The position numbers were made by a program, and so were the translations under genes. Below, in pieces: positions 46,947-56,052 of a DNA stretch of 59,161 nt. Numbering within the stretch: position 1 is the stretch's first letter; every line of letters begins with the position of its first letter. Below the pieces are notes generated by a model that was not told where the DNA came from, made no database searches, and saw only the letters and a list, made by a program, of their open reading frames with translations. The stretch comes from an uncultured Bacteroidales bacterium (GTDB lineage Bacteria > Bacteroidota > Bacteroidia > Bacteroidales > CAIWKO01), in contig CAZMPB010000001.1 of assembly GCA_964567775.1 (NCBI GenBank), positions 1 to 59,161 of the forward strand, written 5' to 3'.

Positions 46947-47960
46947 ATGATCATTGTCAAAAAATACGATATCAACTTTGCAGGACAGGTTCTCGATCTG
47001 CTCAGGCCGCTTTGGGGGCATATGCAACCGGAAGAAGGAGAATCGTATTTTAAATGGAAGTATATTGACAATCCCTGTACGGATGATATTTTATATTTTA
47101 CAGCGATCGATGAAGCCAAACAAAAAGTTGTTGGCGTATTAGGTTTTTTGATCTTGCAATATAACTTAAACGGAAAAACAATTAATCTTGCCACTATCTC
47201 TGACGGTTTGATACACGCTGACTACAGGAGGATGGGCATTTATGATAAACTGATCCGGTACGGGATGAATTTTATCCGTGAAAATTACGGTGTCTTTTTT
47301 TGCAATGCCACTTCGGGTAATTATCCGGCTAATCAGGGACTGATAAAAATGGGCAGCATCCCCATCGCACAAAAAAAGATTTTTTATAAAACGGCTCTTT
47401 ATCCGTATTACAGGCACAGGCATGACGACTATGCGTTCAGTTGTGCAACAGAGGCAAGGCCCGGCGAAATGGCCGCCTTATGTGAAAAAAACCGGAATAA
47501 CGCCGTCCTAAGCCTGAACAAAACAAGGGAATTCCTTAGCTGGAGATATAGTAATCCCCACCCGCAGTATGGTTATGTATATGCCTACAAGGGCAACGAC
47601 CTGGTGGCTTTTGTGTCGTATTATAAGATTTCAGATCGCAGGCACTTCATTTTAGACTATGAATACTGCGAAAAAGACATTTTCAGATCTCTGATTAAAT
47701 TTCTTATGAAACACGAAAATTGTCGCTTGTTGCAATTATGGACAATTTCAAAGAATGAGGCCGAAATGAAATTTTTACATTCGCTTGGGTTCAGGCCATA
47801 CATCAAACTAATGAAACTATTAAAGAAAGAAGGATCTTCTCCTGTGTTGGTTCGTCCATGTATTCCGGAATATACAGAGAAAGACTTTTATATCGACGGC
47901 ATTGACATGAGAAACGAATTTAACTGGGAGCTCAATTTAATTTGTTCAGATGGGATATAA
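46947..47960 (+). CDS. GNAT-like acyltransferase, long form, paralog group member 3
   Basis: ISDGLIHADYRRMGIYDKLI is a motif A. The ATG at 46947 lies 5 nt after the upstream stop and is preferred over the TTG at 46935. Confidence 0.6.
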   Translation: MIIVKKYDINFAGQVLDLLRPLWGHMQPEEGESYFKWKYIDNPCTDDILYFTAIDEAKQKVVGVLGFLILQYNLNGKTINLATISDGLIHADYRRMGIYDKLIRYGMNFIRENYGVFFCNATSGNYPANQGLIKMGSIPIAQKKIFYKTALYPYYRHRHDDYAFSCATEARPGEMAALCEKNRNNAVLSLNKTREFLSWRYSNPHPQYGYVYAYKGNDLVAFVSYYKISDRRHFILDYEYCEKDIFRSLIKFLMKHENCRLLQLWTISKNEAEMKFLHSLGFRPYIKLMKLLKKEGSSPVLVRPCIPEYTEKDFYIDGIDMRNEFNWELNLICSDGI

Positions 47961-48834
47961 AACACAAATATTTGGTTTTCATCGTATTTCCGACGAATTC
48001 TCGCCTGCGTATCCGCCAATACCTGTAAAGGTTTTTGAAAAGATATTGTCCTACATCAACAGGCATTATTTTGTAATCCCTATCGAAGATATCGGCAAAA
48101 GTTTCACCACGAAAAAAACACGGCTGGTCATCACTTTTGACGATGCCTATTATGATTTTTACGAAAATGCCCTTCCTTTGCTGAGCAAATACAAATTCCC
48201 GGCTTTGCAGCATGTGATAACTCATTCGGCGGAAACAGGCGAAAGTTTCTGGACACAAAGGCTGAACAAAATGATGGAAGCCTGTTTTATGGGAAAAAGA
48301 GAACTGGTGATCCCGGAACTCCAGATAAATCGCAGGCTGAATAACGCCAAAGAAGTCGAAAAAACAGCCCTTGAAGTATACCTGTTGCTGCTTGACAGAA
48401 CAGACAGAGAGGATATCCTGAAAAAGATGGAAGAACCAATAAAAGATCAGGTGGCTTATACCCGTATGATGGGATGGAAAGAACTGAATGAATGTACTAA
48501 ATTCGGCATCAGTATTGGCTCACACACACACAACCATGCCACGCTTTCAAATATGGATGAGGCCGCATTGAAATTTGAACTGGAACATTCACGTAAATTG
48601 ATCCTCGGCAATGTTCCTTCTTCCGAATGCTTGTCACTGGCTTTTCCAAATGGAAAATTTAACGATGCTGTTATTCGGGTAGCCCGTGATACAGGATACA
48701 AATACTTGCTAAGCGCAGAAAACGCTTCTGCGAATGGAAATGATTGGAGTTCCGTTTTGCCAAGATTTTGCATTTACAATAAAGAATGGTGGAAAAATTA
48801 TGTAAAACTATTTTTAATCAGACGAACAAAATGA
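47950..48834 (+). CDS. Polysaccharide deacetylase (CE4 / NodB-homology) family protein
   Basis: LVITFDDAYYDFYENALPLLSKYKFPA, IGSHTHNH and LAFPNGKF. Confidence 0.8.
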   Translation: MGYKTQIFGFHRISDEFSPAYPPIPVKVFEKILSYINRHYFVIPIEDIGKSFTTKKTRLVITFDDAYYDFYENALPLLSKYKFPALQHVITHSAETGESFWTQRLNKMMEACFMGKRELVIPELQINRRLNNAKEVEKTALEVYLLLLDRTDREDILKKMEEPIKDQVAYTRMMGWKELNECTKFGISIGSHTHNHATLSNMDEAALKFELEHSRKLILGNVPSSECLSLAFPNGKFNDAVIRVARDTGYKYLLSAENASANGNDWSSVLPRFCIYNKEWWKNYVKLFLIRRTK

Positions 48835-48978
48835 TACAGGACCGGCCTGAAAAACCCAAAAAAATAAAAATACAGTTATTGGTTTTTGATAGCAGGTTGC
48901 TTTCAGGAAATTTTTTGTTTCAACTGACGAATACGTTATAAATGAATATAAACAGACATTATTTTAAGTTATTTTTCG

Positions 48979-48986
48979 TACCTTTG
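48979..48986 (+). promoter_or_regulatory. Candidate -7 box (TAnnTTTG)
   Basis: tacctttg lies 35 nt upstream of the ATG at 49022, after a 187-bp gap. Confidence 0.4.
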
Positions 48987-49021
48987 CCCCTTTAAAAATC
49001 CAGCCTAACTGCACAAAAAAG

Positions 49022-50116
49022 ATGAAAGACCTTAAAAATATCACGAAATTATCAAAAGAGAACTTTGATAAAATCAATAAGCAATATCCGATCAGAATAT
49101 CAAAATATCTTTTTGAACAGATCAAAAAAAGCGAATACATAGCGAAACAATTTTTGCCCAGCATCGATGAGTTAAACGAAAACATATCCATTACAGAACC
49201 CTTTAAGGGCCTGTTGGAAACCGAAATAAAAATTTTTGAAAGGCTGTACGAAGACAGGGTGGTTTTAAAACTGACCAGCCTCTGCCCTTCGCATTGCCGT
49301 TTTTGTTACAGGAGGGGCTATGTTTTCGGAGAAGAAAAGAGGATCACAAAACCCGAATTGGATAAAGCCATCAGCCTGGTTAAAAAGGACAAATCCATAA
49401 GAAGCGTATTACTCACAGGAGGATTTCCTATCGTTCTCGGAGTTGAAAAAATTGAAAAAGTGATTTCCGAGGTTGTCAAAATAGAACATATTAACCAGAT
49501 ATATTTTGCATTGGGCCGGCCTATAATGGATTCGTCAATTATCACCGACGAATTTGTGGAAATGATCGTGAGGATCAATAACCAGTTGACCAATAAAAAC
49601 ATTGCATGCACGGTGCACATCAACCACCCCGATGAACTCACCCCGGAAGTTATCAGCGCGCTGAAAAAACTCACATCAAGAGGGATCACCATCTGGAATC
49701 AGTCCACCTTGCTGAAAGGCATAAATGATGATGAAAAGACCATATCCAAATTATCCGCAGATCTCAGGGCAAATGGCCTGATACCTTATTATCTGATACA
49801 CGCGATGCCCATGATCGGGTCGGGCCATTTCAGGACCTCGGTGGCAAAAGGTATAAAACTGATGAAATACATGGAACAATTTTCCGGGCACGAAAGGCCT
49901 ATTTATATTGTGATACCATCTGCCGGAAAAGTACAATTATCGGGCGATAGCAAGCTGAAATATAAAATAGCCAACGGTAAAAGATACGTGGTGCTCCATA
50001 CGCCGTATAAAGCAAAAGATTTTTTACAAAGATGCAAACTGGCCGAATTGCCCGAAAAACACTATGTGGACAGTAAGGGATATGTCGTAGCCGAGTATCT
50101 GGACGGTGAAGATTAA
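49022..50116 (+). CDS. KamA-family radical SAM protein (lysine 2,3-aminomutase-like)
   Basis: The C-x3-C-x2-C cluster CPSHCRFC (nt 49283-49306) is followed by YRRG. Overall KamA/EpmB-like length and blocks (LLTGGFPI, IPYYLIH). The usual GG(D/E)P reads GGFP. Confidence 0.7.
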   Translation: MKDLKNITKLSKENFDKINKQYPIRISKYLFEQIKKSEYIAKQFLPSIDELNENISITEPFKGLLETEIKIFERLYEDRVVLKLTSLCPSHCRFCYRRGYVFGEEKRITKPELDKAISLVKKDKSIRSVLLTGGFPIVLGVEKIEKVISEVVKIEHINQIYFALGRPIMDSSIITDEFVEMIVRINNQLTNKNIACTVHINHPDELTPEVISALKKLTSRGITIWNQSTLLKGINDDEKTISKLSADLRANGLIPYYLIHAMPMIGSGHFRTSVAKGIKLMKYMEQFSGHERPIYIVIPSAGKVQLSGDSKLKYKIANGKRYVVLHTPYKAKDFLQRCKLAELPEKHYVDSKGYVVAEYLDGED

Positions 50117-50134
50117 TCAGATAATTCAATAGTA

Positions 50135-51124
50135 ATGGGCGACTACAGGATAGAGCAATTTTCAATTCAGGACAATGAACAATTGGCCCTGCTGATGAAA
50201 AACTGTTTCAATCAGGACGTGCCCGCCGATTATTTTACCTGGAAATATTTTAAAAACCCGGCAGGTAATTCCATCGGGTTTGTTGCAAAAACGGAACAGG
50301 GCGAAATAGTTGCCTTTGAAGGATTGATGCCGGAACTTTACAGTATTGAAGGTGAACAGAAAATTGTCTATCACTCTACAGATACGATGACCCATTCGGA
50401 ACACCGGGGAAAAGGCCTGTACACCAAAATTGCCAATGCTGGTTTTGAATACCTCAGGCAACAGGACAAGCTTTTTGAAATCGGGTTTGGTGGGGCGATG
50501 TCCACCCCGATCATTCAGAAGTTTGGCTGGAAAACGATCTTCTTTATCCATTTTTATTTTAAAACTTATTTTCAGTCATTTTATAAAAATTTCTTCTTTT
50601 CCGGGCGGCTGAAATCAAGTGGTTATATCATCAGAAAAATCGACAACATCAACGATATATTGCCTGTTATTGAGTGTAAAAAAAACTCAAAAGTACATAA
50701 GGTAATCTCAGGGGATGTTTATTCGTGGAAAACAGCAAATCCAAGATTTAAATACAACATCGCAGGAATCTATGACCCTCCGAATATTTTGAAAGGATAT
50801 GCGGTTTATTATATCCAGAACAATAAAATAATGCTTTTTGACATAGGTTTTGTTGAGGACAAGTCAAAATTCGTAAAATTATTATTTCAGTGGCTCGATC
50901 AGGAGGTGGTAAAAAACAAATATACAGGAATAGTAACCTTTTCTCAAAAAAGCACCCCTTATTATTCAATACTTAGAAAGAATGGGTTTATAAACAACAA
51001 TATGGGGCTTGGCCCCCTGGGATATAAAATTCCATTCATGATCTATTGTGATGACGACACCTATAAAAGAATAAATGAGCCTGAATCCTGGGCCATAACC
51101 CCTGTTTGTCATGACAGTTTTTAA
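50135..51124 (+). CDS. GNAT-like acyltransferase, long form, paralog group member 4
   Basis: STDTMTHSEHRGKGLYTKI is a motif A. Same architecture as 25720 and 46947. Confidence 0.6.
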   Translation: MGDYRIEQFSIQDNEQLALLMKNCFNQDVPADYFTWKYFKNPAGNSIGFVAKTEQGEIVAFEGLMPELYSIEGEQKIVYHSTDTMTHSEHRGKGLYTKIANAGFEYLRQQDKLFEIGFGGAMSTPIIQKFGWKTIFFIHFYFKTYFQSFYKNFFFSGRLKSSGYIIRKIDNINDILPVIECKKNSKVHKVISGDVYSWKTANPRFKYNIAGIYDPPNILKGYAVYYIQNNKIMLFDIGFVEDKSKFVKLLFQWLDQEVVKNKYTGIVTFSQKSTPYYSILRKNGFINNNMGLGPLGYKIPFMIYCDDDTYKRINEPESWAITPVCHDSF

Positions 51125-52352
51125 CAAAAATAAGGTCCTCGAAAAATATAAAGGCCTCACTCCTTTCTATTGTAAAAAGCTGCATGATATTAAATCTTTT
51201 GGACAAGCCCCATTTACAAGCAAACCAGAACTTTTAGCTTCTCAGGGGAGCCATCCGCCTTTTGGAGATTTCACGGATAGCAAGGTCGCTATAAGCCAGA
51301 TATACAGAACAAGCGGAACATCGTCCAATCCCTTATTGCTGACGTTCAGCAAAAAAGATATAGATTTCATTACGGATATCGGCAGGGAATGCCTTATTTA
51401 TGCAGGAATGGGCAGTTCCGGAAATAAGGAAATAGTCATCAACTGCCTTAACCTGTCCATGTGGGTCGGCGGCGTACTTGATTCCCAGTCAATAAGTAAA
51501 ACCGGCGTACAGGTGATAAATTTCGGCGCAGGGAACACATCAGAACTTATCCGCCTGATCAAAGACCTGAGCGCTTCTAAAAAATATAAAATATCACTGC
51601 ATTGTACCCCTTCCTATCTCCCTCATATTGAATCAAGGCTAAAAACAGAATACAACTTATCGCCACGGGATTTAAATGTTCATTCTTTTTATCTCGGAGG
51701 TGAGTCGGGAATACAAAACAATAATTACCGCCGGACACTGGTAGAAAAATGGCGGTCGAACATTATCAACGCGAACTATGGCATGAGCGAAATATGTTCT
51801 GCGCTTGCCTCAGCAAACGATGAAAACATATTACGTTTTGCCCCGCTGTTCTTACAAAAATATTATATAGAGCTGCAGACCAGCAATGACGGTATAAAGC
51901 CTTTTGAAAGCATCTGTGAAGGCGACGAAGGGGAACTGGTCGTGAGCACACCGGAAAAAGAAAGTCAGCCATTGTTCAGGTACAATTCCAAAGAAATCAT
52001 ACGAATAATCAAAAAAAATAAACAGGATTTGTTTTTCGAGATACTCGGAAGAACCGACGATATGCTTATTTACAAGGGCATCAATGTTTTCCCGGAACAG
52101 TTCCGCAATATCATCAATAATTTTAGTGAATTATCAGGGTTGTACAAGATCCAGGTCAAAAAAGACAATGATATTATCGAAAAAATAGTTCTTGTCTGCG
52201 AAGTAAATAAAAACTCAAAATTTAATGAACCTGAACTAAAAAATAAGCTGGCTGTAAAAATTAAAAGTGAGCTTTCTATTTTGCCTTCAATCGTTTTTAC
52301 AAAAAAAATAAATATCGAAGGAAACAAAATAAAACTGGTCGAAATCATTTAA
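51111..52352 (+). CDS. PaaK-like adenylate-forming enzyme (phenylacetate-CoA ligase / CapK / F390-synthetase family)
   Basis: IYRTSGTSSNPLL (P-loop-like) and GRTDDMLIYKGINVFPEQF are typical of PaaK-family ligases. Overlaps the upstream gene by 14 nt. Confidence 0.7.
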   Translation: MTVFNKNKVLEKYKGLTPFYCKKLHDIKSFGQAPFTSKPELLASQGSHPPFGDFTDSKVAISQIYRTSGTSSNPLLLTFSKKDIDFITDIGRECLIYAGMGSSGNKEIVINCLNLSMWVGGVLDSQSISKTGVQVINFGAGNTSELIRLIKDLSASKKYKISLHCTPSYLPHIESRLKTEYNLSPRDLNVHSFYLGGESGIQNNNYRRTLVEKWRSNIINANYGMSEICSALASANDENILRFAPLFLQKYYIELQTSNDGIKPFESICEGDEGELVVSTPEKESQPLFRYNSKEIIRIIKKNKQDLFFEILGRTDDMLIYKGINVFPEQFRNIINNFSELSGLYKIQVKKDNDIIEKIVLVCEVNKNSKFNEPELKNKLAVKIKSELSILPSIVFTKKINIEGNKIKLVEII

Positions 52353-52391
52353 TCGGAAGACTTTACCGAAAATTGTTCAGGCTTCCGCCTG

Positions 52392-53822
52392 TCATTCATC
52401 CTCCTGCAATTCTTCTTCCGGACTCTCTTCCTCACGGCTATCAGCGTCACGGCTTTTTTTATACTGTTTATATTTATCCAGCATAATAAAAACGCTGGTG
52501 ACAAAAAATGGCTGTGCCGGTATCCTGTAGCGGACCAGTGCCCCAAAGTTGGCAGAAGCCATGCCTACGGCGAACATAAAAAAGATGGTAAAGATCATGG
52601 CAAACAATAAAATGGGATCGGAAAAAATATACCCGAAAAAGCGTATGACTTTAAGTTTAAACAACAGATATAAGGTCATGATCAATAATATAAAATTTTC
52701 CAATCCGGAAATAAGCATAACAGGGTTTCGTGCTTCCCATAAAAAAGGCCTGTACATCCCTGCCATAATAGCCGCTGGTGCAATTTTCAACATTCCTGCA
52801 GTGGTTCCGTCGATAGTTCCGATATTGTAAGAATTTTCTCCGTATTGCTCGGAACGCGTAAGGTCCTGCTGTATGGTTTGAGCCTTTTTAATTGACTGAT
52901 CAACATTGCCGTAGGTACCCATAGAACTCGACAAAGAGGACATAACAACCATGGTAATGCCAAAGCCCAGAACAATCATTACAGGCATGGCCATGGTGGC
53001 GATAACTTTATTCTTAATGTTCTTTATTTTTCTAAACAAAGCCCATACAACGATACCGGGAAATAAAGCAACAAAAATATAAGGCTTGATCGAAATAATT
53101 ATATAAATATTTAAAAGGGCAAAGATTATATTGATCGGGATCTTTTGCTTTTTGAAAAAGATCATAAAAATATTATAAACCAGCCATCCTGATGCCGCAA
53201 ATGTATAAGTGTCCTTCATCACTCCCGACCCCCAGAAAAGCAATGAGGGGAAAAAGAGTACGGCTATGGCAATTTGTTTTCTCAGATGGGCATAATAGTT
53301 CGTGAAAAAAAGATACAATTTCCAGACACCAAAATATGAAAATGTCGCCACCAATATGGTGGTAGGCATATACGACCCCATCCCCAACATGCAGAATAAG
53401 CTTGATATTGAAACAACAAACCTTGTTTCAGTGCCCCGCCACATATGATAGGCAGGAAAGCCCATCTCATTATCAAAGAAATTATAAGACACTTCCCAAT
53501 CAACCTGGTCGAAAAAAATCGCCCAAAATTCTGAGGAGTCTTTATAAAAAAGCTTGACCATCGACATGCAGGCTGAAATATAATCACAGGTGTCGCCCCA
53601 GCCATAGTATTCCGTAAAAATCAACAAAAAGATCAGGGCGGAAAACAATTTGGTGGCCAGGCCTGATAAATAATATTGGTAGGCGGGATTTTCTTCAATT
53701 TTTTTCCTCTGGTGCATTGAGCCGGCAACCAGAATAATAATAATTAACATCGGCGTATAGAAATAGTCGGCCATGTCGAAAATTACCCAGTCAATTCCGT
53801 CTATTAGCTTTAAAATAACCAT
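52392..53822 (-). CDS. Polytopic membrane protein, possible Wzy/EpsG-like polymerase, with acidic C-terminal tail
   Basis: About 12 hydrophobic helices, a large loop (SSMGTYGNVDQSIKKAQTIQQDL...) and the tail SREEESPEEELQEDE. I recognise no confident family motif. Confidence 0.35.
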   Translation of the reverse strand: MVILKLIDGIDWVIFDMADYFYTPMLIIIILVAGSMHQRKKIEENPAYQYYLSGLATKLFSALIFLLIFTEYYGWGDTCDYISACMSMVKLFYKDSSEFWAIFFDQVDWEVSYNFFDNEMGFPAYHMWRGTETRFVVSISSLFCMLGMGSYMPTTILVATFSYFGVWKLYLFFTNYYAHLRKQIAIAVLFFPSLLFWGSGVMKDTYTFAASGWLVYNIFMIFFKKQKIPINIIFALLNIYIIISIKPYIFVALFPGIVVWALFRKIKNIKNKVIATMAMPVMIVLGFGITMVVMSSLSSSMGTYGNVDQSIKKAQTIQQDLTRSEQYGENSYNIGTIDGTTAGMLKIAPAAIMAGMYRPFLWEARNPVMLISGLENFILLIMTLYLLFKLKVIRFFGYIFSDPILLFAMIFTIFFMFAVGMASANFGALVRYRIPAQPFFVTSVFIMLDKYKQYKKSRDADSREEESPEEELQEDE

Positions 53823-54156
53823 AATACTTTAGCTCAACTATTTGTTTGCGTAACAAAATTAGGCATTTTCTGCTTAATTATCTTTATTTTAAACACATCG
53901 GAAAGTTTTTTATTAATTGCAAAAACTGCAAGGATGCCATTACTTTTTATATCTCTTTAAGAGGCTTCTGTCAAAAAATATCAATATGACTGATTGTGTA
54001 TCACCAGTCCCGAAACCGGAAACTTTTTCAGGCTGCAGCCAACTCATCAGCAAAAATCAAAATCCTTATAAACAGCGAGGAAGGCATCCTAAAAAGGTCT
54101 AAGTACGAGACATCACGGCCTGTTCCAGCCTATTCATCGGACGATAAATTGAAATT

Positions 54157-54533
54157 GGTAATTTCTTTTTTTGAGGTGCTGGTAAAAAAAATGATAACTC
54201 AAATTTGTCTGAGAATCTCATGTTTTTTTTCAAACATTATATTAGAAAAAAGGCTTTATCAGGGGCGGAGCCCCGAAATATTTGTTAGAAATGGTACCCC
54301 AAAAAAAAAGTAAGGTGCAGAGCACCGTAACATACCATCGGCTACACACTCACAAATGCAGACTTTCGGTTGTGGGAAGCATGATAAAGATTTTTGTCAG
54401 CAAGGTGTTTGGTAACAATGCAATTTTTTCCGATTGTAAATACAAGATTTACCCATCATTGCAAATAGGTCTGGCCATTATCAGGAGACCCATATTCCGG
54501 TACGCCTGTCTGCCGAGCCAGGCAGGCTGCACC
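54157..54533. repeat. Copy B of the two-copy structured intergenic element
   Basis: See copy A. The conserved blocks are at 54157-54182, 54260-54285, 54313-54330 and 54499-54533. The interior is diverged but alignable. Confidence 0.7.
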
Positions 54534-54936
54534 TGTTATAACTCAGATAGGGATATTCCGGTAGAATAATGTCAGCGAGGATGACAATAAAAACAAGTGA
54601 AATGATCGCCAACACTTTCCAGTAAAATTATTTTTAAAATTAATATAATAATTATTTGCAACCATTGATTAGTTTCAGCGCCTCAAATTATGATTTTGCC
54701 GATAAATTAAAAATCATGACTTTTAATTTTTTTATTTACTTTTACATGGATATTTTCAGGTTATTAACCTGAATTTTTGGGGGATTAAAATTGTTGTTCC
54801 CATCGTGATAATTTTATTGTAAAAAGTTTTGAAAGATTTTTGGTTCCGTTGTTATGTATTGCCTGGTGGCGCTTTTATACATCAGGTATTTGTTATAACG
54901 ATCCGGAAAAAATTTCTTTGTTTTTAAATTACTGCT

Positions 54937-55830
54937 ATGCAAAAAGAAAACGTAAAAAAAGATTTGACCATTGTGATCCCGGCATATAATGAAGAAAAGG
55001 CGCTTGCTTTGTTTTTGCCTGAACTTACCGCTTTTGCTAAAAAGAATGAGTATAAAATAATTATTATCAATGATGGTTCAAAGGACGGGACACTTCAGGT
55101 GTTGAAGCAGTATGAAAACGACCTGACCATCGTTTCTCATAAAGTAAACAAGGGCTACGGCGGCGCCATAAAATCAGGAATATGCATTGCCGACACAAGA
55201 TATGTCATTACCATTGACGCTGACGGGCAGCATTTTTTGGAGGATGTGGGAACGCTGCACAAGGTTATTATAGAGAAAGATGCGGACATGGTGGTAGGAA
55301 GCAGGGCAAAACTTAAATCGGAAAGTTTTTACAGGAGACTTGGGAAATCAATCATACGATCCATTGCAAAAATGCTGGTGCCCATACATATCCATGATAT
55401 TAATTCCGGAATGAAAATTTATGATACGGATCTTGCAAAAAAATATATGCGGCTTTGTCCTGACGGAATGCCTTACAGCGATGTTATCGCCATTGTTTTC
55501 ACCAATTTCAGGCACCGGGTGCTCGAGCACGATATAAGGATCATCGGCAGGATCGCCGGAAAAAGCACCATAGGGACAAAGACAGCCATAGAAACGATAA
55601 GGCAAATATTTAATATCGCACTAATGTTTAATCCTTTAAAAATATTTCTGCCGATATCCTTTGTCCTGCTGTTATTTTCTTTGATCTGGGGATTGCCTAT
55701 AATAGTAAAGGGCGGGGGTGTAAGCGGAGGAACTGCGATTCTTTTCATCACATCTGTATTATTTTTCCTGATGGGTATCTTAGCCGAACAGTTGTCGTGG
55801 ATCAGAAAAAGTTCGGTTCATGATAAATAG
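54937..55830 (+). CDS. GT2 polyprenyl-phosphate glycosyltransferase (GtrB/ArnC/DPM1-like) with C-terminal TM helices
   Basis: LTIVIPAYNEEKAL, IIINDGSKDGT and TIDADGQH, plus two C-terminal hydrophobic helices (FLPISFVLLLFSLIWGL, AILFITSVLFFLMGILA). Confidence 0.8.
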   Translation: MQKENVKKDLTIVIPAYNEEKALALFLPELTAFAKKNEYKIIIINDGSKDGTLQVLKQYENDLTIVSHKVNKGYGGAIKSGICIADTRYVITIDADGQHFLEDVGTLHKVIIEKDADMVVGSRAKLKSESFYRRLGKSIIRSIAKMLVPIHIHDINSGMKIYDTDLAKKYMRLCPDGMPYSDVIAIVFTNFRHRVLEHDIRIIGRIAGKSTIGTKTAIETIRQIFNIALMFNPLKIFLPISFVLLLFSLIWGLPIIVKGGGVSGGTAILFITSVLFFLMGILAEQLSWIRKSSVHDK

Positions 55831-56006
55831 ATATACCACTTTAGTGATCATCACAACAACCCTCAAAAATTCACATCGCTTTTGCTGTTCGACTACAGAC
55901 TTATACTGAAGAAAAAATGATTGATAAGTCAGCGTTTGCGTCTCATGCTCAATAAAAAAAACCAAAACTTTTTTTAATAATGGTTACTTTTACCCCGTCA
56001 ATCTTG

Positions 56007-56014
56007 TACTTTTG
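56007..56014 (+). promoter_or_regulatory. Candidate -7 box (TAnnTTTG)
   Basis: tacttttg lies 38 nt upstream of the ATG at 56053. Confidence 0.4.
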
Positions 56015-56052
56015 AATTAATGCTATTTAGGAATTATAAAAAAAGAGCATAA

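Noticed and set aside
53917-54569. Three small ORFs (61, 105 and 95 aa) in the 52392/54937 intergenic region.
   Set aside because: They overlap repeat copy B. The reading frames are not shared with copy A, so the conservation looks nucleotide/structure-based.
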